NCBI GenBank assembly: GCA_002633005.1
Contig: NMRA01000170.1
Span: forward strand, 627,007 to 691,006
Source of the DNA: Phoronis australis
Lineage: Eukaryota; Animalia; Phoronida
DNA: 64,000 bases
Direction: 5' to 3'
Shown: positions 26,959 through 40,800 of the stretch, piece after piece
Position numbering within the stretch: position 1 is the first letter of the stretch
How the letters are laid out: every line of letters starts with the position of its first letter
The notes under the pieces: model-generated
Told to the model about the DNA's origin: nothing
The model's input: only the letters and a program-made list of their open reading frames with translations
Databases searched by the model: none
Program-made: the position numbers and the translations under genes

Positions 26959-27028
26959 CGCAACTGTCGTCATTTGCAACCCATTTCCAAGTCGCAACCG
27001 CCGTCCATTTTTTAATTCTGACCTTCAT
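26959..27028 (-). CDS. ANAPC11: Anaphase-promoting complex subunit 11, coding exon 1
   Basis: Translates MKVRIKKWTAVATWKWVANDDSC, the canonical APC11 N-terminus. Donor G|GTAAG, phase 1. Confidence 0.96.
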
Positions 27029-27094
27029 TATACCGCGACAAAGTAAACATTTACCCGGGTCTTTTCGAACGAAAAACTGAAGTGTTGCCCATGC

Positions 27095-27172
27095 ACAGCG
27101 CCATCTACTGAACATTGAGTACTGCCATCTTCTGTCTATAACTCGTACTAAATCCAAAACCTGGACGTCACA
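27095..27172 (-). promoter_or_regulatory. Putative ANAPC11 core promoter / 5' region
   Basis: Two YY1-like AGATGGC motifs on the minus strand (~27099-27130) and a CRE-like GTGACGTCC (~27162-27170) just upstream of the ATG. Confidence 0.35.
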
Positions 27173-28004
27173 GAACAGGAGTTCTACGTCGACGTGAATG
27201 TCGGGTTTCTCTCTAAAACCCCTGCATAATTGAATTACTCACAATTACCTAAAACTTGCAAAAGAAACTGAAAAAATATATGTGTGTCAGTGTAAAAGGT
27301 ATTTCAAACACAGTTTCTGCATTTTGCTTCACTGAACAGGAGAAAGACATTTTGGTAAACAAGAGAATTCAGTTAGTCCGCGGCCTATAGGGTAGGCTTA
27401 CCTGCTCAGGCAATTTAAGACTGGCCAAAATTCACCGAGGTGGAAGAAACTAATTCACTGAAGTAAACAGTCATGCACTTGGCGTTTGTTGTGACTGGTT
27501 TCATAAACTGGGTCTGTTTTCAAAGCATAAAAAGTGTCATCATCAATATAGCAGGGTCAGGGCAAGTCCGACACCGCCGGCTCCTCAGCTAACAAGGCTT
27601 GGCACAACGTACCGAACTGTTGACAACTTGTGGCTCAGAAAGCAAAGAAATCAAAACTCATGAACAAAAAATTGAACAGACAATTTTTATTGAGTTATGA
27701 GTTACCCATATGTGATCATTCCCATAAAAACGATATGATATACGCAACCTTCTCTGTTCAGTTCAAAATGTGGACACATCTCTGACAAAACGAACTTGAA
27801 ACTAAAATATGCATGTAAGTGCCAATCAATATAGGCCTATACATGTCACTGTCATTAGAAAAACTATACATAAATGCTTGCCAGTAAACAAATGTCACTA
27901 GCATTACACTGGCTGAAAAACTGTCCATAATCATGACTTAGTAAATGCATGTCACTGTCAGTCTACACAAAAAATTACATCTCTGTCGCCCCGTTTTAAT
28001 GGTG

Positions 28005-28090
28005 ATATTTACACCCGAGTGTATATTTACACACAAGTGTATATTTACACCCGAGTGTATATTTACGTAACGCAAATACACCCGGGTGTA
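28005..28090. repeat. 18-bp minisatellite (tatatttacacccgagtg, ~3.3 copies)
   Basis: Direct inspection. Confidence 0.85.
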
Positions 28091-29479
28091 ACAAATAACC
28101 AATTTAAATATTTTGTTTCTTATTAAATCACAACAATTACATCACATTACAGGACAAACAAATGATTGAAATTATATTTAATCTCGCAACCATGACATTG
28201 CTGTCGAAGCCGATTTCTACATTTTATCCGTAAATCGTGTTTAGCAGTCTGTGGCCGCGTTTTTTTTTTTTTTTTGCGCAGTAATGAATTNTTTTTTTGC
28301 GCCGTAATGAATTGTGTTTTGTGAGTCCAATCCCGTGTATTTGTGTCACTGAACGGTGGTTGCAGGCACGTGAGTCGTGTTTTTGTGTACGACATGGTGT
28401 TTTGCAGTCGGTTAGCCGTGAAGTTTAGATACGGGCTCCCTATCTCAGATAAACGCTATGATTCATGTCACCCACCTGCTGTTTTTAATTTATGCTCCGT
28501 AGTGGTAGCGCTGATGAATATCATTGTATCATTATATACTTTTATACACTTACTTCAAGCGCCAGTGTTGCCCTCTTTATAACCAAAGAAATCCAAATAT
28601 CTATAGAGTGGCAAAATTGATGTCTACTAGTATTGGCCCAGTATTTGGCAATCTCATAAAATTCATTAGACTAATTACACAAAGTTCGATTAAGGAACCT
28701 CTACATTGTATGACACGTATTTGCATGCTACAGTTAAGTTTAAAGTATTCTACACTTGTCGTGTTTTTAAACATTTAAATATTCTATTTTATTACGGTAG
28801 TCACATTATGTTACCAACATATGTACTTCATGATACCTATATGTTTTCTTACTAGTTTTATATGATTTTAGTTCACTGTGACTATCTTTGTCGAGTATTG
28901 TTATCTGTATTAGGTGTTACTGCGTACTTTTCAGTGCCTTTCGTTACTTGTTTTAAATCATGTTCCCTTATACCCCGAAAGGGGTCGTTACATGTATTAG
29001 ACAAGCAAATAAACTCTCTAACTCTGTATCTTGGGGTTAGACCCCGACTACTTAAGTTTAACTTTTACCTTACAACTCGCTTTTATTGTCTCCGATGGCA
29101 CTCCATGCATATCATTAACGAAATGCCGGTGCGGGACTCTGTTTGTCCAATGTACAAAAACGTGTTATTGGTTATTTATGCCATCCAGTGGAATATCGTT
29201 GGCCTGAATGTTTTTTTAGTTATAAAACCAGGTTTGAAGATTTTGATGGCAAACCTTTTGGAATGTGGAATCACGTTGTTTTGAACCGAGAACCTCAAGT
29301 CAACGACATGAATGCTCCATTGCAACATGTACCGGGCGACTGTTGGATTGGTTGGTAAAAACGCAGATATGGCATAATATGATAAACTTTATACCAAACA
29401 GACTTTTAATACATGTAACAGTACAGTATAAAATTGACCAAATAAAACTATTGCTTAAAATACAAGACAAAAATAAACC

Positions 29480-30150
29480 TAACAAAATTTAATTCAAAAT
29501 AGTTTTTAAAACAAAAATGATAATACAAACTATAAACTGCATAAATATGTGTTACACAGAGACGCATTCCAAAATGTTCGTATTGTAGAAGAAAACTCAG
29601 ATTCATTTATACCACGGACAACGAGATTAGAAGACTAATGCAGCTGACATGAAAATCGGTAAATAAGTTTTTGCAGAGTCGACTTACAACAATGAGCATC
29701 AAAAAGTACATAAAGTACTGATACCTTCAATACACATTGGAGCACAGAATGAGATAAACTTTTGAATTTTGTCAGGGAGTCTGCGTATATGGATTTTTTT
29801 AAATAACAGTGTACGCTTGAGCACATAGTTTTCTCCGTTGCCGTGAGATGTCACAGTCATCCATAATGAAACTATTTATATGACACAATATTTAATCTCT
29901 TGTACAACCTTTAATAGTTCACCATAATAATAGAAGTTAGGTATCACAGAGCTACCTAGCTATTTAGTTTTGAAACGCACAATACCTCCCTTTGATATAG
30001 TCATATTTAAGTTTATGTCGTAAACCATACTGCCCACATTGGCTACTGCAGGAACTTTACAAAGATCAGCATCTGAAGGTGAGAACAGAACAAGATTATC
30101 GGCTTACACAAACTAATTGATGTACACATTAGATACAACACAGACAATTT
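29480..30150 (-). mobile_element. Highly decayed LINE fragment (RT remnant and 3' end)
   Basis: Minus-strand ADNLVLFSPS (YADDLVL-like), followed by a LINE 3'-type ...SLTKFKSL segment. Confidence 0.4.
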
Positions 30151-31399
30151 TATACTCATTAAAAAGTGAACCAAGTCCATCTATCTCGACGGTGAAAAGG
30201 TAGCGCGTTAGTATACCACAATGTCTTACACCATTTGAGGGTTTTGGGAAGGTTGAAAAAACCTGGCTCTAACGTACAAAGAACTGTTGTTCAGAATACA
30301 GCCAAGGAAACCGCTACTAGGCACTAAAGAGTTTATTTAACAACATAACATGATTCACTCTGTCAAATGCTTTGATAATATCAAGAAAGCATGAAAAAAT
30401 GCTATTGTTCAAAAGTTTGTACGCCTTCATAATTACTTTTACTGATGACAGAAATGCAGTGATCTGTCCCATAATCATTTTTCAATCCAAAGTGATTAGA
30501 CTGAGTATAAATGAAGTCCAGGACGCGGTCCCAAAAAGATTGAATTTAAAGTTGATGCATTCTTATTTTTCATATGTACCATTTGCGATTGGTTCTGAAC
30601 TGTTCATAATTAAATAAAAGTGAGATTTTACGAGTGTTCACATTTTTAACAAAGCGACTGCGTGAATAAGGTGTATAACCATATTGCTGCCCTGGCATCG
30701 ATGTTTGTTGGTCAATGAAACCAATCACACCATCAATGTCTGAATAATCGTTACGACGCGCGAGCCTTAGTACCGACAACAAAAGCCGAAGGTGTCTAAC
30801 GCTAATATATAATGATACCAAAACGATACCTGAGCTTGTCTACAGTTTCTTTTTGCGACAGCCCTATGTTGAAAAGATCTCTACGAGCTTCATCTCTATC
30901 CAAACTGGATTATTCTTGGTAACAGAAAACAAGGCCTATGATGTGAGATTTTTTGACAGTAAATGGTCTAATTTTAGTTTTGTTTTTTAGCCACCAAAAC
31001 TAGTAGTACTGTAGTTTTAAGCGAAAAGAATACCTTTAAAAACGTCCCATTGTTGTGTCCTGTAAGTTCTGTCCTTTCCTCAGATCGTATTATCTGACCG
31101 AGTGTTGACAGATGGAAGTTCTAAACATAATCGTTGTTACTGAGATTTCGTTGCTATGATGCATCCTGATAGCTCTATTGTACACAGTGTGGGTCAAGTT
31201 TGTAGATGGCATTGATTACTTGTCTTGATGATGTATGAGAGATCGAAATATGTTGAAGTTGAGAAATCTCGTTGTTTTTATTAATATTGTCACTTACTTT
31301 TGTTCGTTGAGACCTTAGGCGCTATACCCGATTTCACACCAGATAGGATCGCATGTGCTTTTACAAACGTTGAAAGTTGAGTCATCTATCTTATTACAT

Positions 31400-31560
31400 A
31401 AAATGTAGAAATGTTTCCAGCGCAACTGTCATTTGAATTATTTGACAAAGTGATATGCCCATCACAATGTCATGGCTCAGAAATATGAGGTTTTAAGGAG
31501 TACGGTTGAAAAGGTGCATTTGCGTAAAATTATTCTTGGTGTACAGTATAAGTAGGAACC
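31400..31560 (+). mobile_element. Short decayed LINE fragment (post-RT region)
   Basis: ELFDKVICPSQCHGSEI*GF...EKVHL...ILGV resembles the LFDxxIxPILxYGSEIWG...ERVHL...ILGV segment of non-LTR elements. Confidence 0.5.
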
Positions 31561-32786
31561 GCCAGTTTTAATACTACAGTTTTGCTCGGGACGTACTCAG
31601 CTATTTTAGGCAAGGGTGTCGCTGAAATTACCTTTAGAATTTTTATTTTCTTTTACCATATTTTACGAAGTTGTACAACATAAAAAGTTACGTGACCTAC
31701 ATCGTTTCTTCTTTAACCAACTGTCAATAGTCACATACATGTACATGGCAATTTTTAGCTGTTCTCGTCAAAATTTGAGGGCCCCTCGTGGGTTTCTGAG
31801 TCATTATCCTTGTCCAACTGAGGCCGACCGGTCCAAACCTTTGAAACTTTTGTTCGTTTTTTATTTTTTTTGTTGTACCGTTTTTGTTTCCTTCACTGAC
31901 GGGCTCCCCACGATTTATTAGTTGAGACCGTTATTCATTTGAAAACGGACTACGTTGACAGAGTCGAGATCCCGAGAAAACTAAGGTCGGAATCTCGAAA
32001 TCCTGCGCAAAATAAGTTGGGATTTCAAGATCCTGAGGTGATTAAAAAAGAAACGCGCGAGGTCATGTGTTGGCCACGGTAAGGAAATCGTAAAAGAGTT
32101 TAACATAAAGCCTAAAATTTATAATGAATAGATATCTATATGTACCGACTAGGGCAGCCAAATGTAGGAACGAAAAACGGGCACAGCTGGCCCCAGGCAC
32201 ACTGCATAAGAACATAAGGTACATAATAACTACCACGTCAGAAAAAGAGGGCTAAGGGATAAAGAATTACAAGAAAATTTTACAATAGAAAACTGCGCTA
32301 GAATGTGCTAAGAATCATAAACGAATTGAATTTAAATAGACACGATGAATAAAAGATAAACTTGAAGATATGTGGTAGGGAACCGAGTTAAAAGAGAATA
32401 TACATATACTTATACATAGACATCAGACAACAGAACAGAATGACAGAAGTTATAATACTGAAACTACAAGCTGGAAATTTACAAGGTCGGAGGGTACACA
32501 CTGTATAGATGTTTTTTAAAACATCTATTAAAATAATAGAATGAGCGAGTTGGTAACGCATAAAAGCTTATAAAGGACGCCGGGGTGATATAGGAGAGTG
32601 AGAACGGGGCTTACGGTGAGGGTGAGTGGGTTGAGAATGAAATGTTTAGACATGTAGATGACACAAGGAAGTTGAACTGAAACGCTTGGGGATACAGACA
32701 AAGAAAATACCTACATACAACCAACGGGAGCTGACATTTGGCACGTGATAACGTAAACCAACGAGGCTGGGAATAAACACTGCCAT

Positions 32787-34109
32787 GAAACCCTGAACAA
32801 AGGAATTAGTGGACCGGTCCAAATTGAAGGAAAAGAGTGTGCAAGATGAGAGGGGTCCGTATGATCACATAGATATATAAACGAAAGAAAAAACATTTGA
32901 AATTATCGCTTTCCTTTGGTCAGCGGTAGTGGCTGCGCTTCATTCGTGTTCAGAAGGCGATAGCGGACCAAGTGCAATGCTTGAGTTTTTAACAAACTTT
33001 GCAAATAAAATAATGGAACAACTTGAGGAAAAATTCTTCTCCAAGTGTGTTGCTCAGACGTCAAGTTTCTTTGTTCTTTTTACATGTTCCCTAAAACGCA
33101 TTATTTTGCCAATATTGGAGGTCTTTTTCGTTTTCAAATGTTCCCCTAAGACGCATTCTTCTGCCTATGCCATGGCCTTATAAACCAGTTTTTAAGGTAA
33201 ATCTGATGTGTCCTCGAGCCTAACTGCAATGTATGGTAGTAGGAGGCGAAGGTCCGGTATAGCGATTTCAGGTTGCCTTCGCTTCACATTACCGCTGACC
33301 GTCGGTGTCGCTGAATGATGGGTCGTTGTCTTTCAGCATCATCGTTTCGATTTAGTCATCGTATTGCATAACATTCACTTGTTGTTCACTGCCATTTTCT
33401 CAGAGAATATTAAGGGGATTAGTATGATTCCTGTTCACAAAACTGTTATAGTGNGAAACCCTGAACAAAGGAATTAGTGGACCGGTACAAATTGAAGGAA
33501 AAGAGTGTGCAAGATGAGAGGGGTCCGTATGATCACATAAATATATAAACGAAAGAAAAAACATTTGAAATTATCGCTTTCCTTTGGTCAGCGGTAGTGG
33601 CTGCGCTGCATTCTTGTTCAGAGAGGCGATAACGGACCAAGTGAAATGCTTGAGTTTTTAACAAACTTTGCAAATAAAATAATGGAACGACTTGAGGAAA
33701 AATTCTTCTCCAAGTGTGTTGCTCAGACGTCAAGTTTCTTTGTTCTTTTTACATGTTCCCTAAAACGCATTATTTTGCCAATATTGGAGGTCTTTTTCGT
33801 TTTCAAATGTTCCCCTAAGACGCATTCTTCTGCCTATGCCATGGCCTTATAAACCAGTTTTAAGGTAAATCTGATGTGTCCTCGAGCCTAACTGCAATGT
33901 ATGGTAGTAGGAGGCGAAGGTCCGGTATAGCGATTTCAGGTTGCCTTCTCTTCACATTACCGCTGACGGTGTCGCTGAATGATGGGTCGTTGTCTTTCAG
34001 CATCGTTTCGATTTAGTCATCGTATTGCATAACATTCACTTGTTGTTCACTGCCATTTTCTCAGACTCAGAGGATTAGTATGATTCCTGTTCACGAAACT
34101 GTTATAGTG
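32787..34109. repeat. Tandem ~660-bp duplication joined by a single N (probable haplotype or scaffolding artefact)
   Basis: 32787-33453 and 33455-34109 are near-identical with scattered SNPs and indels; n at 33454. Confidence 0.9.
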
Positions 34110-37108
34110 TATCCCTTATACCACTTCCTGGTTACACGTACATGTCAACTTGATTGATTGACACGTGGTCTTTACACATGATACCTTGGCCAGTTCTTTA
34201 AAGTGGCAGTGAGTGCGTTCTAGGTTTCACGAGTTTATAACGATAGGAATAGTTAGACTCAACCTCGTTGGTTCTATCGGTACCAACGAACCACCTCTAC
34301 GTAACCGCGCTTCCCCGTAAGTTGTGTGAGATCNCGCCCCCCCCCCCCCCGTAATGTAAGCTCTAGTTCAAATTACTGGGGTTAATCTGAAAGTTAATTT
34401 CATAATTCCCCTATGTTTATATTACCCCCATGTTAAATTTTGAATGCTATGCTAATTAAAAACCCGGCCGAACATATTATTTTATTCATGGGAGGGGGTA
34501 ATTTAGACACAGGGAAGTAAGGAACTCGATTTCAAATTACCGGGGGGGACGCTGCACAGAGGACATTTGAAATCGCTACACCGGAAAACATAATGTAAGC
34601 CAGGTAGTGTGTTAACTTTAACAAAAATGCTCCCACAGTCTTAGCAGCTTTGACGGGAAAAGTATGAAGGACATGTCAGTTGGCACAGTCTTTTGAGCAC
34701 TGAAGCATACCTGTGTTCCCGACTTACCGTCCCAACACTCGGGAACACTTTATGCTCACGAATAAAGTCATTTGATTAAAAATGTCAACATAATGTGTGG
34801 GATGTACACAGATGTACAACTCATGAAAAAGATGCCAAAGCGAATTCGAAACTTGCCCCGGTTTCGATCGAGGCGGGGACAATGTTTGACTGACAATCAT
34901 CAGGTCCTGCATGACTTGAATCCCTGCTCTGTACGAGAGGAACAATATTTGGCTGAGTATAACCAGTTTCTGCATAATCTGACATGCTCGCACCCTGCCT
35001 TCAATATGGCTGGGCTCGAATTCATAAGTTCTGACGATGTGGACCTTGAGCCCCCCCCCCCCCNNNNNNNNNNNNCCCTCCCCCTGGGTGCGCGCATGTC
35101 TGAGTCCAGTCGGTGCTCTGCACGAGAAGATTTTGTCCTTTTAAAAACTTAGTCTAATGATTTTTACATCTTTTGGCAGACCCAGACTAATGTTTCCATA
35201 GTCTACTCTGGTCTACCCCCTCGATCAGAATCTGGGAACGAACGGGTGAAATGAAACCAGGAACGTGCTGATGTACTCTTTGTCTCCCACCGAGAGCACG
35301 CGATTTATTATGTAATCTGCGTGCACGTAAACCTTGTTGCACTTGAAAGCCTGGAAATTCAAATATTTTTGAAATTACAGTTACATATAGACCTGAGGTA
35401 CAGTTACTGTTGGTGCCTTGAAACAACATCATTTCTTAAAATGTTAGCTTCTAAATGCTAAAAATCATCTGCCGGTTTTCGTAGATACATAAACATGTAA
35501 ATCAGAAACCAACGAATTTATTTATCAAAACGGAATGTTATATGCAATTTCCGCAGGCGTGATCGCAGATTTTTTACGGTAACCCCGGGAACATGGAGGA
35601 TGGGGCATTCATATAAGGTGTATTTTTGCTCATTTCCGAGGTACCTATAACGGTTCAAAAAAGCGCTGAAATATGAAATGTTTGTTTATTATTTCGAATA
35701 TTTTGAGTACCCCCGTTCGACATGTACACGGTCATCACAGTCTTCGACATGTGTGAATTCATTACAAACAGATCCTAGTAACGACCTTCAAAAGAAAATT
35801 AATACTATTCTTGTGATACGATTAGAAAAATATAACATTATTTATAACTAACCATCGGAAGTAGCCTTTTTGTGTAATTCACAAATAGTGATCTTCACGT
35901 TCTTCAAAATTCCAACTTTTTGATTGTGGTCAATCCTATTGTATTTTTCACATTTTTGGTTGTTTGGGTCGAATGTTTTGATACTGCTGTGCTGTGCACG
36001 AATGTTTTGTGTTTTTGATGAATTTGAAATCTCATCTTCCCCTCGTGAATATTTGGCAGTGTCGGACACCCGAACCGCCCCACCGCCGGAGAGGGGGTCC
36101 CGTCTGAAATGGGAACCTAAGATGAAAGGGTACACATCATTAAGCTTGGAAAAGAGTGACATTTCACTCCATTGTCGGGTGACCTTGCAAGATGTGACTT
36201 TTCTCAGCATGAAAGCCGGTTGTACGATTTCACAAAAAACAGGAAAATAGAGATAATCAATTCCAACATTGATCCCTCTCTTCGTGAGCGGCCCCTTAGA
36301 AATTTGCCAACTAAAACACGAAAAAGGTGGCCACTTGAATGTCATCAATGGTCCTCATCAAGAGCTGGGCCCTTAAATGTTAAAAGGTCTATAGTTTGAA
36401 GTCAGGAAATGCGCAGAAATTGATGTTATCTACCAGGCCATCAGTTTTCTCAAGTGATTACACAATTTAGAGAAAGAAAAACACGAAAAAATAGAGCGAC
36501 AGTTGTCTTTGTTATCCCTTGCTAGAGCAGGGCCTCTGGAAAATATAATTTTGCATTTCTGCATTTGCAAAACTGTCTTACTGAATTTAAAAATACAGTG
36601 AATTTTAAAANNNNNNNNNNNNATAATATCAAGCACCATCAGAAATTTGCGATTTGGAGTTAGCTATATATCTGAGACCAGCACATCAATAGAAAATGAA
36701 TAGGAGTGATAGAGGTTGCTTTCCTATAAACAAAAACGGAGGGCATTGTGGTGTTGGAAAGAGCTTCAGTAACCTGTGTGCGCCGGAGGGGCGCCCACGT
36801 ACTTCGAACCGTTGCGACCGCCACGATAAATCTGTGTCAATAATGTTACAAAAACACGTATAAATTAAATTCTGCATGTCTTTGAACAGCACCGTCCACC
36901 TGAGAGTGTATCTGCCGGAACAATAATGCCAAGCACAGACCAAGAGCCATGTTTGGCGGCTTGTCTTCATTGCGTTTATTGATTAATTGGTCGGTAACCT
37001 ATTTTCATTCTTGCAGCTGAGACTGTTGTGGCACGGCATGGGTAGAATGTCAATAATCATGACATTCCTTTACTTCGAGGTTCTGACAGCATTGCATGTC
37101 TATGTGCT

Positions 37109-37166
37109 TGTGTGTGTGTGTGTGTGCGTGTGCGTGTGCGTGTGCGTGTGCGTGTGTGTGTGTGTG
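37109..37166. repeat. (GT)n/(GTGCGT)n microsatellite
   Basis: Direct inspection. Confidence 0.95.
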
Positions 37167-37664
37167 CAGGGCGGTAGTCGGGGCGTTCGTGAGGTTCGGG
37201 ACGACCCTCTCCCTCATATGAGATTGGTGTACCGCTTGGTGCAACAAATAAAAACGAAAAAGATAAAACGTCGAAAAGTTGAAAAAGCCAGCATATCCCC
37301 ATTTGTTTCCATATAATTTCTAGAGCAGGCACTAGTTAGCCGAAGATCCTCTAAAAGGCAGAAATGAGCCATATAACATTGAAATGCAATTTTTTTTCGG
37401 CACTCTATTCTCTGATGCTCTCGCAGACCATCGCGAGAATCAAGTCAATGACTAAGCCAAAAATCGAGATTTTTGGCGAACGGCAAAATTCACTTCCGTG
37501 CGTCACTTTCGTGACTCAAGTTTTTGCAAATTTTAGTGATTAACAATGACAACATTCACTTTTCAAATCTTACATAGAGGCAGTTTCTGGTAGGTACATG
37601 TTTAGCACTTGGCGTATTGTCGTCGACGTCGCACAAGTGCAAAAATACAGTGATGTTTTTGAAA

Positions 37665-37803
37665 ATGCTGCGACGCACCACAGGGAGCTGGGGGTCTACC
37701 CCCACTTATTTCAATGCTGCGTTGCCCAAGGTACCATTTGCAGCTCACCATAGGGGGCGGGGAGATATAGCCTCCCACTTATTTCGGTGCTGCGCCCCCC
37801 ATG
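37665..37803. mobile_element. Second, more diverged copy of the dimeric MITE at 1539-1682
   Basis: Contains gcgacgcaccacagggagctggggg...cccacttatttcaatgctgcg and caccatagggggc...cccacttatttcggtgctgcgcc. Confidence 0.6.
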
Positions 37804-40800
37804 AAAAAGGTTGGTCCTCGTCACAATACTAATTAGATAATAAACAGTGTGCGTCTACACATTCCATGATAAAACGATATAGTTAAGCAGATAAAACTTA
37901 ATATCCTGGTTTTGCAAGCCAATTATCATTTTTGGTTGCCTGTCTAAGGTTCATCTTTTTTCCATGCTTCCTCAGTTGCTCTGCGCATTGATATTTGTGT
38001 GAATCGGCTCGTGTATTTAATGGTGTTCGTCGCTTAATTTCAGCCAGCTTGGTAATCTGTTTCACAGAGGTCAGACGCCGTGCTAGTGTTTATTGCCTTC
38101 GTTTAAGAAGACTATCCTCTTTGGTAAGCATTGTGTGAAAGTGTAATACAGGTTCACTTAAATCTTACCTCTCCTGGTATATACATCTACGCTTACTAAC
38201 TACTGGGTTAACTTAGGTTTCACCACAAGTGACGTTTGTAGCTGCAAAACACTGAGCCACGCCCACTTAAACGCTGCTCACCGACGACGAGTCAACCACC
38301 AAGCACATGACGATTTGTTATAGCCAGCATTAAAATATATTCATAATCTAGTCTCTAGTATGTGGCGCGTGACTTCTTATGTTTTAGGCCAACAAGCTAT
38401 TGTAAACACGCTGATTGTCCGTTGAATTCATGGGGAGACTGAAATAGTTGTGCTTTGTTGAGTTGTTGCATTTCAATGCCTGTCGCTATGTTTGTATGTG
38501 GCACAAACGTCTGTATTCATAGAGTGATCGTCTCGTTGTTTTTTTTTATTGTATCTCATAATGGTCACCGCTGTTTGGCGGGGACAACGGAACATTACTG
38601 GAGCTAAGCTCATCGCGAGACATTGAACTTTTGGGGTTTATAAAGTTCTTTGTAGATGGGAACCTAAAGTCCGTGCATACAAGTCCTAAAATGTCGGACT
38701 CTTACATTTCAGCTGGCCAACCTTGCCCGGCAGGCTAGCGTCCTTCGAGCATCGGCTTGTGAAGGCACTACTGTCGGTGTTACACTGAACCTGAGAACCA
38801 CCCTTACTAGTCCCCTGAGTGAACGAATGTCATAACCTTCAGTTCAAGTTTAATAGGTTTTTATAGAACAGGGATTGGCTTGTACCGGGTAAGACGATTA
38901 TGTAATCAGCGGATAGGTTAGAGTCATGAACTTGGATATATTATTCGAAAGCTTTTCATGGTCAACGGTACGTGCATTTGTAGCGGTCCTTCCAGGGACA
39001 CTTGGCATATACAGGGACTGTTGTTCTGCAGTTAGCAGATATGACTAGGTACTGGCGTGTAGGCTTGAACAAAGGGATTCAAAGACTTGCGGTTCATTGC
39101 GGATAACATCTCTCACTTTCTGTTTGAATGTCAGCAATGTAAGCTTTTGGTGGTCACTGAAAACTTTTATATTGAGGAAGAGTACTTTTAACACCCAAGT
39201 ACGAGAGCCCTCGTGATCAATCTTGAAAATGTCTTACTTCACGATTTAAATCATTTCTCTGGAGAATTAATTGCCAAGAACGAAAGTATTCATTTCGATT
39301 GAACGAATGTCCCAACTATTGTATTTTTGCAATTTACAAAGTGTATGGTCGTGGCTCATAAAACATCCCATGTAAGTAGCCGTTCAATACCCATTACGGA
39401 AGTATACCGCCAGTCAAACGGGAAGTCGAAATGATAAGGTTTATCTGCATTCCAGACAGAACAATATGGTCTTTAGTGATAACACTTGAGCCGTGATTTG
39501 TGAAACATGTCCATTGTGTAAGGCAAGCCGTGATAACTTTATCTGCGCATCCGGCAAGGCTCTCTGTATGAAACTAGTTGATCACGCCAGTTATGCATTG
39601 CAGACGCTTTATCATTTGGTTTAGGTAGAAAATCCCTTCCATGTTGCATGTCTGGGTCAATTTAATGTATGCCCTGTCTGCTGCACTGTGGATCCCCCTG
39701 GATAGAACCTCACTTGTCGCCCTGTGGGGTGACGGAACCATGCTATTTCCAATACTCGGAAATGGGACCCTTGAGAAATGTCCTAAGCTCAAGCTTGGCC
39801 GATTGGATTCACGAATATGAATGTTTCACACGCTATGCTTCATGCTCCGTTCTCAACAACGATTTTGGGAATTGTTTTTACTCATGTTTTAATTGTTCAT
39901 ATGCTGCATGATTTTTATGACAAAAAATCGAACGTTACGTCAAACTGAAAAGAAATCATAATCTCCATAATTATAACAGCGTTTTTAAGATTTTGTCTTG
40001 AACATAATCAAAATTTTGGTCACTGATACCCTCTAACGCTAGATTGGTACAACTATGAAGTAAAAATAGATATTATATTGGCTTTGTAGTTTCAGAAAAC
40101 TTTATCATTTGAGTTTAGATATATAATTTCGTAGATATTTGACTAAATTCAGACTTTCGAAGGCCTTATTGAGTAATATATAATTTCCTGCTACGATCTG
40201 CTAAACAAAGGACATTGTGCAGCTTGGAGGACCCTGACTGGAATCTGCACATGATCAAGGAAGTTTGTCCTTGTCCATGGCCTTGATAACATTATTCGGG
40301 TATTCTGGAAAATTGCCAGAACTTTTCTGGAGAAAAATGTTTCTCAAGGACATTTCAAAGGACCTGCCAAGCAGCTTTCGGGATATTTGAACACTAGGAA
40401 GTCAACTAAAGTGGATGGCCTTTTAAAGGGGTTCTTGAACTGGCCTTCACGAATTTCGGTTTTGAAGCAAATTTCTTTATCGAAATTTTATATAATGTAT
40501 TTATGGAAATTGATGCATAACACTGTAATCCTATGCAATGCAAATGTCAATAATTGTGGACGATTCACACCTAGTGTATTGGCATATGGGAAAGGCTGCG
40601 CTATGGTATCGAGGGGGGGTGATATTCAATGCACATGGTGTTCTATTTCTCCAAATTCGTCAGTTCAGCATATTTGCCATCGTAGAACCAGTTTCCCGCG
40701 GTGAAAAACGCTCAACGATCACTTCAGAATTCCGCTTGGCGAGGAGTTTGACCTATGAGTCAGCCTTGCTGTTACAAATTGTTTATGTCTAGACGTTTGA

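Noticed and set aside
11180-27028. Convergent pair of RING E3 genes (RNF217 and ANAPC11) as a functional cluster
   Set aside because: They have unrelated RING classes and pathways; adjacency alone is not evidence.
32929-33852. Apparently duplicated small gene (MLEFLTNFANKIME...)
   Set aside because: Non-ATG or frameshift-variable ORFs inside the probable assembly duplication; the opposite strand looks like decayed LINE sequence.
36987-37332. His/Cys/Thr-rich ORFs (VCVCVC, HAHAH, RTRTR)
   Set aside because: Translations of a (GT)n microsatellite.
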